A program made the translations under genes and the position numbers. Positions 33,655 to 42,156 of a stretch of DNA of 64,000 nt are shown here, in pieces. How positions within the stretch are numbered: the stretch's first letter is position 1; each line of letters begins with the position of its first letter. The notes beneath the pieces were generated by a model. The model ran no database searches and was not told where the DNA came from. It worked only from the letters and a program-made list of their open reading frames with translations. Origin of the DNA: an uncultured Methylomirabilota bacterium (GTDB taxonomy: Bacteria > Methylomirabilota > Methylomirabilia > Methylomirabilales > 2-02-FULL-66-22); NCBI GenBank assembly GCA_963842855.1, contig CAWJHW010000002.1, positions 203,187 to 267,186 on the forward strand, given 5' to 3'.

Positions 33655-34392
33655 ATGGAGATCCAAGAAGGAATTCAGGGGAACGCGTTATTGCGGCGCC
33701 TGGAGGAGGATGGTGCCGTTGCGTATGCGAACCGGATTCCAGCCGGATTCAAACTGAAATCGGTTCCCGTGCAGCCGGATTTGCGGTTTGGTGTCGCGGC
33801 CCACGAGGAAATCGAAGACAACTGCGAGGGGCACTTTCTGCTTCCATCCGGCAAGCATACCAACGTCTTCATTCAGGTGTCGCTGGGCCTGCGGTTTGTC
33901 GGGACGAGCAAAGCCGTCGGCTTCACGCTGTACAAGCTCCTGCGGGAAGCTGGGTTGCTCGATCAGATTGACGTGATCATCGGGCCACCGGTCGGTGCCC
34001 TACCCGTCGTGACGGCGCTGCAGTACGCCATTGACTCCTCGAAGATTGAGGCGATGTACCTAGATCGCGCCGCCGAGGGGAAATTCCGACTCGGGCGCGG
34101 CTTCCAACTGACGGGGGACAAGCGTATCCTGCTGGTCGATGACGTCTTTACGACCGGCGGTTCCCTGCGGAAGGCCATTGCCGCCTGCAATGAATGCGTC
34201 CGCGAAGGCGGCGAGGAGTGCAACTTTATCGGGGCCGCCGTCGTGTTGAACCGCGTGAGCGATCCAGAGGCGTTCCGGCTCGCCACGGTTACCATGCCAC
34301 TCGTCGCGGCAGTCAACTATCCGCTGCGAGATTGGGACGAATCGACATGTCCGTATTGCGCCCGGAATGTGCCGTTGTTCGCAGTCCAGTAG
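33655..34392 (+). CDS. type I phosphoribosyltransferase, OPRT-like paralogue with an N-terminal extension
   Basis: GHFLLPSGKHTNVF, PRPP loop ILLVDDVFTTGGSL, and C-terminal W....CPYC..N.P. Confidence 0.75.
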   Translation: MEIQEGIQGNALLRRLEEDGAVAYANRIPAGFKLKSVPVQPDLRFGVAAHEEIEDNCEGHFLLPSGKHTNVFIQVSLGLRFVGTSKAVGFTLYKLLREAGLLDQIDVIIGPPVGALPVVTALQYAIDSSKIEAMYLDRAAEGKFRLGRGFQLTGDKRILLVDDVFTTGGSLRKAIAACNECVREGGEECNFIGAAVVLNRVSDPEAFRLATVTMPLVAAVNYPLRDWDESTCPYCARNVPLFAVQ

Positions 34393-34525
34393 TCGTCGCG
34401 CGAACCCGTCCTGCAGAAAGCGGGGGGTGTGCGAGCGACCCGGATGCCGGCGGGCACATTTTCGGGCAGACCCGCCACTTCTGCGCTTGCCCCCGACACA
34501 CCAACTGCGCTAAACTCCGGCCCTC

Positions 34526-34601
34526 GACCCGGTAGCTCAACTGGCAGAGTACCGGCCTTTTAAGCCGGGTGTTCTGGGTTCGACTCCCAGCCGGGTCACC
34601 A
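34526..34601 (+). tRNA. tRNA-Lys (anticodon UUU)
   Basis: Manual cloverleaf: acceptor gacccgg/ccgggtc, D arm gctc..gagt, anticodon stem ccggc/gccgg with loop cttttaa, T arm ctggg-ttcgact-cccag, encoded CCA. Confidence 0.95.
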
Positions 34602-35009
34602 CATCATTTCTCGCCTGACAGGCCGTTCCCCGAGGGCCGCCTGCTTCCGTTGCCTCCCTCGAAGGACACGTTCCCAGGCGTAACGTCACATACATCTCAC
34701 CCCCCTCGATCCCACTCCCTAAGCGGTGTGCCGGACCGACATCGGATTGTGCCGTCGCCGGACATGAAATGTATCAACTTGGCACACACCGCATGAGCAA
34801 TATTTCTCGGGCTCCCTCCTCGATTGCTTGGATAACCTATCGAACTTAGGCCGGATTCCCAGCGGCCGGCGTTCTGGTACAGCGAGGAGAGCCGCCTTGG
34901 AATGGTCGTTGCACCGCGCAGGTAGGCGCCCGTCGGTCGCAGCATTCTCGGATTCGGTGGCCGCTCGTAGAGAACGGGCACCGCCCTCCCTCGAACAGGA
35001 GGTATAGAG

Positions 35010-35150
35010 ATGTTTAAGGTTCTGTTCCTCCTAGCGCTCTTCGGAGTCATGTACGTGGATATCATCGAGCTACTCGAAAAGTGTAAGCATCCCCACACCG
35101 ATACTGGGCAGGAGGTTCACCTGGAGTATCAAGAGTCCTTCGGACGTTAG
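35010..35150 (+). CDS. possible 46-aa peptide with a hydrophobic N-terminus, ending at the IS boundary
   Basis: Strong AGGAGG RBS 7 nt upstream of the ATG. The stop TAG coincides with the first bases of the IS5-family element. Confidence 0.25.
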   Translation: MFKVLFLLALFGVMYVDIIELLEKCKHPHTDTGQEVHLEYQESFGR

Positions 35151-36488
35151 CAGGATGCGGAAAAACTCGCTCTTTCCCTCTTCCCAATCGGTACTGATCG
35201 AGTATGATGCGCCTCGAGCGATGAACCCAGCAAAGGAGGCGCAGCATGCGAGGGACTGACACCCAGCAGGCGGCGATGTTCAGCTACCTCTCCCCGGAGC
35301 AGCGGGTGCCCCCGGACCATCCGCTCCGGCCGATCCGGGCCATGGCCGAGACGGTCCTGAAGGGGCTCTCCCCGCAGTTTACAAACCTGTACTCCCACAC
35401 CGGCCGCCCCTCGATCCCCCCAGAGAAGCTCCTCCGGGCCCTGCTCCTGCAGGTGCTCTACACCGTGCGGAGCGAGCGACTCCTGATGGAGCAGCTCGAC
35501 TACAACCTCCTCTTCCGCTGGTTCGTCGGCCTGAACCTGGACGACCCGATCTGGGACGTCACCGTCTTCACCAAGAACCGGGAGCGCCTCCTGGAGGGCG
35601 ACATCGCCCAGGCCTTCTTCGACCAGGTCCTTGCCCAGGCGCGGGCCCACGCCCTCCTCTCGGATGAGCATTTCACCGTGGACGGGACCTTGATCGAGGC
35701 CTGGGCGGGCCAGAAGAGCTTCCAGCCCAAGCAGGCCAGCCCCACTCAACCCCCCGACGACCCCGGCAACCCCACCGTGGACTTCCGGGGGGAGCGCCGC
35801 TCCAACGCCACCCACGCCTCGACGACGGACCCCGAGGCCCGGCTCTACAAGAAGGCACAGGGCCGGGAGGCGAAACTCTGCTACCAGGGCCACCTCCTCA
35901 TGGAGAACCGGCATGGCCTGGCGGTGGCGACCCAGACCACCTGTGCCACCGGGATGGCCGAGCGGGAGGCGGCCCTCTACATGACCACGAGCTGCGGCGG
36001 GCGCCGGCGCATCACCGTGGGCGGGGACAAGGCGTACGATACCCAGCCGTTCGTCATCACCTGCCGGACCTTCCGGATCACCCCGCATGTGGCCCAGCGG
36101 AAGGACGCGAGTGCCATCGATCGCCGCACCACCTGCCATCCGGGCTATGCCCTGAGCCAGCGGGCCCGGAAACGGGTCGAGGAGATCTTCGGCTGGCTGA
36201 AGACGGTCGGGGGTCTCCGGAAGACGCGCTACCGGGGCGTGCGACGGGTCGGGTGGATGCTCACCTTTGCCACGGCGGTCTACAACCTGGTTCGCATCCG
36301 GAACCTGGTGGAGGCTCTCGGATGAAGTCCAGCCGGAGGGGCGTGCGGAAGTCGAGCGAGACCCCGAGGAGCCTGCAACCGGGGGTGTGGCCAGCAGTTT
36401 GGTACCCCTTAGGTACTCCATCCGACGTCCCTAGTGTGTTCCGAACATCAGTTGTGACCTTTGAATCAAGTTTTTCCGCAGCCTGCTA
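35148..36488 (+). mobile_element. IS5-family insertion sequence (1341 bp)
   Basis: Terminal inverted repeats tagcaggAtgcggaaaaactCg and tagcaggCtgcggaaaaactTg (20/22), enclosing a single DDE transposase ORF. Confidence 0.85.
35246..36325 (+). CDS. IS5-family DDE transposase
   Basis: N-terminal LL.A.LLQ.LY..S.R.L.E.L.YNLLFRWF.GL block; C-terminal GDKAYD and VE..FGWLK....LR..RYRG. Confidence 0.9.
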   Translation: MRGTDTQQAAMFSYLSPEQRVPPDHPLRPIRAMAETVLKGLSPQFTNLYSHTGRPSIPPEKLLRALLLQVLYTVRSERLLMEQLDYNLLFRWFVGLNLDDPIWDVTVFTKNRERLLEGDIAQAFFDQVLAQARAHALLSDEHFTVDGTLIEAWAGQKSFQPKQASPTQPPDDPGNPTVDFRGERRSNATHASTTDPEARLYKKAQGREAKLCYQGHLLMENRHGLAVATQTTCATGMAEREAALYMTTSCGGRRRITVGGDKAYDTQPFVITCRTFRITPHVAQRKDASAIDRRTTCHPGYALSQRARKRVEEIFGWLKTVGGLRKTRYRGVRRVGWMLTFATAVYNLVRIRNLVEALG

Positions 36489-36789
36489 GGGCTGCTGGTC
36501 CGTAGAAGAGCCTGCCTTTTGAATGAGCTGGCCGCGCCTCTGGGGGCACCGCCCGCCATTCCCGATATCAGGCGTCAGCCTCTTACTACGCAGCGCGGAA
36601 TAATGGCTCCACTGTTCCCCGCGCTGCTTCGTTCGCGGGGAAGGCCCTCGCCCTTGCACGGGACCCGCGGCAAGGGCTCAGCCCTCCCCCCGGACCCTAC
36701 CGAGAGGGGCGGACCGCCGCCCCTCGTCGGACTCTCCCCCGGACTGTGCGGTCCGGGAGGGACTGTCGCCTATTTTGCGCACCGCACAG

Positions 36790-36830
36790 TAAGCCGGCTG
36801 TTCTGGGTTCGACTCCCAGCCGGGTCACCA
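36790..36830 (+). repeat. duplicated 3' half of tRNA-Lys (att-like direct repeat)
   Basis: taagccggCtgttctgggttcgactcccagccgggtcacca is 40/41 identical to 34561-34601. Similarity continues into catcatt beyond the CCA end. Confidence 0.85.
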
Positions 36831-37273
36831 AACACATCATTCCCCAAGAAGCGACTCACACGTGGCCCTCCTTTCATCTCCGATCCTGAACGCCACGGTC
36901 CAAGCGCCAGCGGCGTCTCAGCCTGCCGACGCGGTCTGGAACATCCCGGCGTCTCCTTCGAAAAGTGAAACCCGCCAAAGAGAGAGGACAAGAAAGTAAT
37001 TCTACCCCGTCAACTACCACTACGATGGAGCCGGAAGCCGTGCCGGGAGAGGCGCTCTCCGGAACGCGGGCAATGCACCACCACAGGACGCTTCGGCGTC
37101 ACTCACAGGAGGAGTTTCCCCTGACACCGAAGAAACGGCCGGGTCCCCCATTACGCGTCAACTCTGTCCCTTATTACCTCAGTATGAAGGGCCTGGATAT
37201 ATATCGAAAGGAATAGCAAATTATATCCTTTGGTGAATTGTGCGCTTTGGGGAAAGTCATCAAAATATGTGAC

Positions 37274-37603
37274 ATGATCACCGAGAGCGCACCGAATCTC
37301 ACCGAGAGACGCCGGGCGATCCGGCTTCCGATGACACTTCCCGTGCAACTGGAAGAGGGGGCCGGCATCACCCGCGACGTCAGCCTCTCGGGGGTATTCT
37401 TCGAAACGGAGCAACCGTTCTCCTCCAAAGGGCCAATTATCTTTACCTTGGTGTTCGAAGGCAGGTCCTGGAGCCGCCCGATTCGCCTCAAGTGCGACGG
37501 GCAAGTTGTGCGGGTCGAGCCAAGCAACGGGAAAGCAGGCGTAGCCGCCACCATCTCATCGTATGGGTTTGTTACACAAGAATTATCTACGCTCACGGAA
37601 TGA
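37274..37603 (+). CDS. PilZ-domain protein
   Basis: RRRAIR...DVSLSGVFF motifs. Confidence 0.75.
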   Translation: MITESAPNLTERRRAIRLPMTLPVQLEEGAGITRDVSLSGVFFETEQPFSSKGPIIFTLVFEGRSWSRPIRLKCDGQVVRVEPSNGKAGVAATISSYGFVTQELSTLTE

Positions 37604-37708
37604 GACTGCCTGCGTCCCGCTCGGTGAGGGGCTGCGTAAGTGCCTGAGAGGGGCGCCACCCTCCGGCATCGCCTTCTCGAAATACCCTTCGCCACCGAGG
37701 GGGACCGT

Positions 37709-38005
37709 ATGGCAGACGAAGGCAGGTCGTTGACGGCCCAGCCGACCAGAGACACGCTTCGGTGCCTGATCATCGTGGCGCGAGACGAGACTGACCTCTG
37801 GCACTATATGGCGCGAGACTTCGGCGAGTTCAAGGGGTTGCAGGTCATCCTCGACCGACGACAGCGGGAACGGCGGCAGCAAGTCCAGAGGTATCAACCG
37901 GAGCGGCGCAGGGAAGAACGCCGCCGCCCGCCGACCATGGATGAGGATCTCCGGCGCCAGCCGTTTGTGATTGTCCTGGGGCAGCAAGCAGCGCTCGAAG
38001 GCTGA
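37709..38005 (+). CDS. hypothetical protein (Arg-rich, LIIVARDE...VILDRRQRERR type)
   Basis: GAGGGGG RBS and coding-like composition. No assignable domain. Confidence 0.45.
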   Translation: MADEGRSLTAQPTRDTLRCLIIVARDETDLWHYMARDFGEFKGLQVILDRRQRERRQQVQRYQPERRREERRRPPTMDEDLRRQPFVIVLGQQAALEG

Positions 38006-38282
38006 CTGCCCGCGCCCAGTCGAGCCTCGCGGGGTTAGGTGGTGTTACGTGGGGGAAGCACCACCGGAAGTAGCAACCACCACAGCAGAGCATCTCACGG
38101 GTGGCGAGACCGCCTCCGCGCTCGCGGTGTGGAGCGTCTCCCCTAAATTCCGCCTCTCAGCCAGCTCCAGAAAAGTGAGCATCCTTCGCACCGGAGCTTT
38201 CTGTCTGGCCTCGACGTCCGCGGGACCCAGCTTGCGTGATGGACGCGACGCGGTGTAAACTCAAAACTAATGGAGGCTGCCC

Positions 38283-38957
38283 ATGGCCATCTCACCGGCA
38301 CGGCGCAGGTTCCCCCGGTACCCGGCGCAGTTCCCGCTCCTCCACAAGCCAATAGCCCCCGTGCCAGCCCGAGCCGGAGCAGGCTGGACCCGCAACCTGA
38401 GCGAAGGGGGCGCCTGTGTGGAACTGGCCGACTGCCTCCGAGCCCAGGCTCCCCTCCGCCTCTACCTCCGGACGGACCGCGGGGCCATCGAGATAGAGGC
38501 GCAGGTGGCCTGGGCCGGGGAGGCCCGCCTGGCGGGGGGTGGCGTCCCCCATGGGGTGGCCTTCACGCAGATCGCCCCCGACCAGCGCCAGGCACTCGGG
38601 GACCTCGTCCGCCGCCGGGGAGAGAGGAGGTACGCGGAGGTCCGTTTCCCCTTCGAAGTCGCCGTCACGTGTCACCGGAAGGGGGAGCCGGCTAGGGCCT
38701 CCCTCCAAGGAGTGACGGGGGATGTCAGTCGCGAGGGCCTCCTGCTGCTCCTCCCCGCGGTTCTTCCGTCGGGCTCGGCGCTGGATCTCACCCTGCATAC
38801 CCCCAGTGGGCCGCTCATGGCGGAGGGGCAGATCGCCTGGGTGGAGCCGCCAGGGGGACAGGTGCTTGGGCCGCCGTTTCGGCACGGCGTGCGGTTCACA
38901 GCCGTCGGCTGGTCCACGTTGCTGTCCCTGGGTTTCTTGCTGACGGTGCCGCCCTAG
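38283..38957 (+). CDS. tandem PilZ-domain protein
   Basis: Two RxxxR / (D/N)xSxxG pairs: RRRFPRY...NLSEGG and RRYAEVR...DVSREG. Confidence 0.75.
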   Translation: MAISPARRRFPRYPAQFPLLHKPIAPVPARAGAGWTRNLSEGGACVELADCLRAQAPLRLYLRTDRGAIEIEAQVAWAGEARLAGGGVPHGVAFTQIAPDQRQALGDLVRRRGERRYAEVRFPFEVAVTCHRKGEPARASLQGVTGDVSREGLLLLLPAVLPSGSALDLTLHTPSGPLMAEGQIAWVEPPGGQVLGPPFRHGVRFTAVGWSTLLSLGFLLTVPP

Positions 38958-39111
38958 GGGTTCTCACGGCTCCTCCTCAGCAGGGGAGGCGGCAATCTGG
39001 CGCGCTGAGGCTCTCCGCCAACCATTGTCCTGCCCCAATCTGTCGCGGCTGTCCCGGCTTGAACTTCCTCCGCTACTCCGGGCCTCGATCAGGATGCCGT
39101 GCGCTTCATTT

Positions 39112-39521
39112 TCAGCCGGCAACCGGCCAGGCAAGTTTCGCGATCACCTTCCGGGCAACGAAGACACCCATTGGGTAGGCCTGTAGCCGCATGGGGGCCA
39201 AGAATTTTCTGGGGAAGATCTTGCGCCCTGTAACAACTGGCATGCGAGCCTGGAATCTCTTGGGCTCCCCCCAAAGCCCGACGTGGTCATTTGTCCGGGT
39301 CCGCCGAGGAGGGCAGCAATCGCACGATCCAGTCGGGGTCCCAGAGGCATCCGACAACATGAAGGTGCCAGGGTCGGTAATCTACCCTGTCGAGCGCTTC
39401 TTCCACACGAGCGCTTCTTCCACTTGACAGGATCTGGTACCGCTGATAACGTTCCACGAGTTTCGCGATTGCGCATCGGCCATTCGGCACTGTCCTCGCG
39501 GAAAGCCTCCTGGGCGGTCAC
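39112..39521 (-). pseudogene. possible frameshifted gene remnant (unidentified family)
   Basis: Three consecutive minus-strand frames each give protein-like stretches (AIAKLVERYQRYQIL.., WHLHVVGCLWDPDWIV.., HVGLWGEPKRFQARMPVVTGRKIF..KVIAKLAW), but there is no continuous ORF. Confidence 0.2.
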
Positions 39522-39553
39522 GAGACCCTCAACTGTAGAGTACGGGATCTGTC

Positions 39554-40738
39554 ATGACACACGGGTTTTCCATAGTCCTCTTCGCCGTCACGTTCGGCGC
39601 TACCCTCGCGTCGATCCTCTATCTCGCCTTGGCCACCTGCAAAGTGACCTTCTATGAGAACCATCACCACCGCAAGCACTATCCTCAGCCAGGGAGTCCG
39701 AACCTCAGCCCTGTGACGGTGCTGAAGCCCATCTGCGGGCCGGACCCCAATCTGTATGAAAACCTCCGCTCTTTCTGCCAACAAGCCTATCCGCACTATC
39801 AGGTTTTGTTCGGAGTGTCCGATGCGGCCGATCCGGCAATCACCATTATCGAGCGAGTGATTGCGGACTTTCCGAATCTGGACCTGGGACTCGTCGTGGA
39901 CGACCGTCTTATCGGAACGAACTTCAAGGTCGGCAGTCTGGCCAACATGCTCGGCCTAGCCAAGTACGACATTCTGGTGATTGCCGACAGTGACATGCGT
40001 GTTCAGCCGGACTACCTGGGGTCAATCGTCGCACCCTTCGAGGATCCAGAGGTCGGTGCGGTCACATGCCTCTACAAGGGGTGCCCTGTGGGCGGTTTGG
40101 CTTCGGCGATCGCTGCCATGTTCATCAACGAATGGTTCCTGCCCTCGGTACTGGTTGCGCTGACCTTCGAGAAGCTCCGCTATTGTTTCGGAGCGTCGAT
40201 GGCCGTTCGGAGGGAGGCATTGGATGCGATCGGCGGGTTCGAGGCCCTGGCGGATGACCTGGCGGATGACTACATGCTCGGGAAACTGCTCAGTGAGCGA
40301 GGGTACAAGATCCACCTCGCGCCCTACCTCGTCGAAAACGTGGTATTGGAGCCGGATCTCAAGAGGCTGTTTCTGCATGAATTGCGATGGGCCCGAACGG
40401 TCCGCTCCGTGCGACCGGTAGGCTACGCCTTCTCGTTCGTTGCCTACCCGCTGCCCATGTCCATGCTCTTCCTCTTGGTGACCCGGTTTGCGACACTCGG
40501 TGTCGTGGCGGTCGCGCTCACCCTCGGACTTCGAGTTCTCCTGCACTATGCGGTGCGGGTCGCGTTCCGCCTTTCCTCCCCTGCCATGCCGTGGCTCATC
40601 CCAATTCGGGACAGCCTGGCCTTCCTCGTCTGGTGCGTAAGCTTCCTGGGCCGCAATGTCCAGTGGAGAAACGGAAGGTTCTCGCTCGACTCCGACGGCC
40701 GGCTAACCGTCGTCGAGGGAAGGCTCAATCTGTCATGA
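39554..40738 (+). CDS. hpnI: hopanoid-associated glycosyltransferase HpnI (GT2/GT21-like)
   Basis: VTVLKPICG.DPNLYENLRSFC.Q.YP..Q.LFGV, DSDM and LRWARTVR motifs. Lies in a syntenic block with hpnJ and hpnK. Confidence 0.8.
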   Translation: MTHGFSIVLFAVTFGATLASILYLALATCKVTFYENHHHRKHYPQPGSPNLSPVTVLKPICGPDPNLYENLRSFCQQAYPHYQVLFGVSDAADPAITIIERVIADFPNLDLGLVVDDRLIGTNFKVGSLANMLGLAKYDILVIADSDMRVQPDYLGSIVAPFEDPEVGAVTCLYKGCPVGGLASAIAAMFINEWFLPSVLVALTFEKLRYCFGASMAVRREALDAIGGFEALADDLADDYMLGKLLSERGYKIHLAPYLVENVVLEPDLKRLFLHELRWARTVRSVRPVGYAFSFVAYPLPMSMLFLLVTRFATLGVVAVALTLGLRVLLHYAVRVAFRLSSPAMPWLIPIRDSLAFLVWCVSFLGRNVQWRNGRFSLDSDGRLTVVEGRLNLS

Positions 40739-42156
40739 GAACTCTGTTCCTGAATCCGCCTTCGTTCGCCGGCTTCGACGGCGGAGCCGGATCGAGATAC
40801 CAGGCGAAACGCGAGATCCGCTCCTTCTGGTACCCGACCTGGCTGGCCCAGCCTGCCGCCCTGGTGGCCGACAGTCAATTGATCGACGCCCCGCCACGCG
40901 ACCTTTCGCTGGAGGACATCCTGCCGCTGGCCGCGGACTACGAACTAGCCATTCTCCACACCAGCACGCCGTCTTTCGCGTCGGACATCAAGGTCGCCGG
41001 GGCGCTCAAGCAGGCGAACCCAAAGCTCATGATCGGTCTCATCGGCGCCCACGTCGCGGTCCTGCCCGAGGCGTCGCTGGCTGCCGCTCCAGCCGTTGAC
41101 TTCGTCGCCCGCAACGAGTTCGACTACACCATCCAAGAGGTGGCCGAGGGCCGGCCGTGGGAGATCATCGACGGCATCAGTTATCGTCGCGATGGGCGGG
41201 TCGTGCACACCCGTGACCGCGCCATGCTGGAGGACATGGACCGCCTGCCATCGGTGATCGACGTCTACAAGCGCGACCTTCGCATCGAGGACTACTTCAT
41301 CGGGTACCTGCTGCACCCGTATCTCTCGCTCTATACCGGCCGCGGGTGCAAGTCCCGCTGCACCTTCTGCCTCTGGCCGCAGACCATCGCCGGCCATCGC
41401 TACCGCACCCGCAGCCCCGAGGTCGTCGCGCAGGAGATCGCGACCGCCAGGCGCTGTTTCCCCCAGGTCAAGGAATTCTTCTTTGACGACGACACCTTCA
41501 CGGATGACGCAGGGCGCGCAGAGGCCATCGCCCGGCTGCTCGGCAAGCTCGGCGTGACGTGGTCCTGCAACGCCAAGGCCAACGTCCGGCGTGAGACGCT
41601 CGAGGTCCTGAAGGACAACGGCCTGCGGCTCCTGCTTGTCGGGTACGAAGCGGGCAGCCAGAAGATTCTCGTGAATATCAAGAAGGGAGTGCGGATCGAG
41701 GCTGCGCGCCGGTTCACGGCGGACTGCCATAAGCTCGGCATCACGATACACGGGACCTTCGTCCTCGGCCTGCCCGGCGAAACCCGCGAAACGATCGAGG
41801 AGACTATCCGTTTCGCCCAAGAGATCAACCCGCACACGCTCCAGGTGTCGCTGGCCGCGGCGTACCCGGGAACGGCGCTGTACCGCCAAGCGTCCGAGAA
41901 CGGCTGGCTGCGCCAGGTTCCGGATTCCCTCGTCACGGGAGACGGGATTCAGGTCAGCTCCCTGGAATATCCCCACCTGAGCCACCGGGAGATCTTTGAG
42001 GCGCTGGAAAATTTCTACCGGCGCTTCTACTTCCGCCCGCGGAAGATCGCGCAGATCTCGTGGGAGATGCTGAAGAGCTGGGAGATGACGAAACGACGCC
42101 TCCGGGAGGGGGTGGAGTTCCTGCGGTTTCTCGGTGCGCGGGAAGATGGGGCGTGA
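40735..42156 (+). CDS. hpnJ: hopanoid-associated B12-binding radical SAM protein HpnJ
   Basis: The N-terminus MRTLFLNPPSFAGFDGGAGSRYQAKREIRSFWYPTWLAQPAA matches my memory of HpnJ. Radical SAM cysteines CKSRCTFC. ATGA overlap with hpnI. Confidence 0.85.
   Translation: MRTLFLNPPSFAGFDGGAGSRYQAKREIRSFWYPTWLAQPAALVADSQLIDAPPRDLSLEDILPLAADYELAILHTSTPSFASDIKVAGALKQANPKLMIGLIGAHVAVLPEASLAAAPAVDFVARNEFDYTIQEVAEGRPWEIIDGISYRRDGRVVHTRDRAMLEDMDRLPSVIDVYKRDLRIEDYFIGYLLHPYLSLYTGRGCKSRCTFCLWPQTIAGHRYRTRSPEVVAQEIATARRCFPQVKEFFFDDDTFTDDAGRAEAIARLLGKLGVTWSCNAKANVRRETLEVLKDNGLRLLLVGYEAGSQKILVNIKKGVRIEAARRFTADCHKLGITIHGTFVLGLPGETRETIEETIRFAQEINPHTLQVSLAAAYPGTALYRQASENGWLRQVPDSLVTGDGIQVSSLEYPHLSHREIFEALENFYRRFYFRPRKIAQISWEMLKSWEMTKRRLREGVEFLRFLGAREDGA

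Noticed and set aside
34602-35147. Integrase remnant next to tRNA-Lys.
   Set aside because: All three minus-strand frames and the plus strand were translated. None shows the R..H.LRH...Y pattern of tyrosine recombinases. Only a 46-aa ORF with a good RBS is present.
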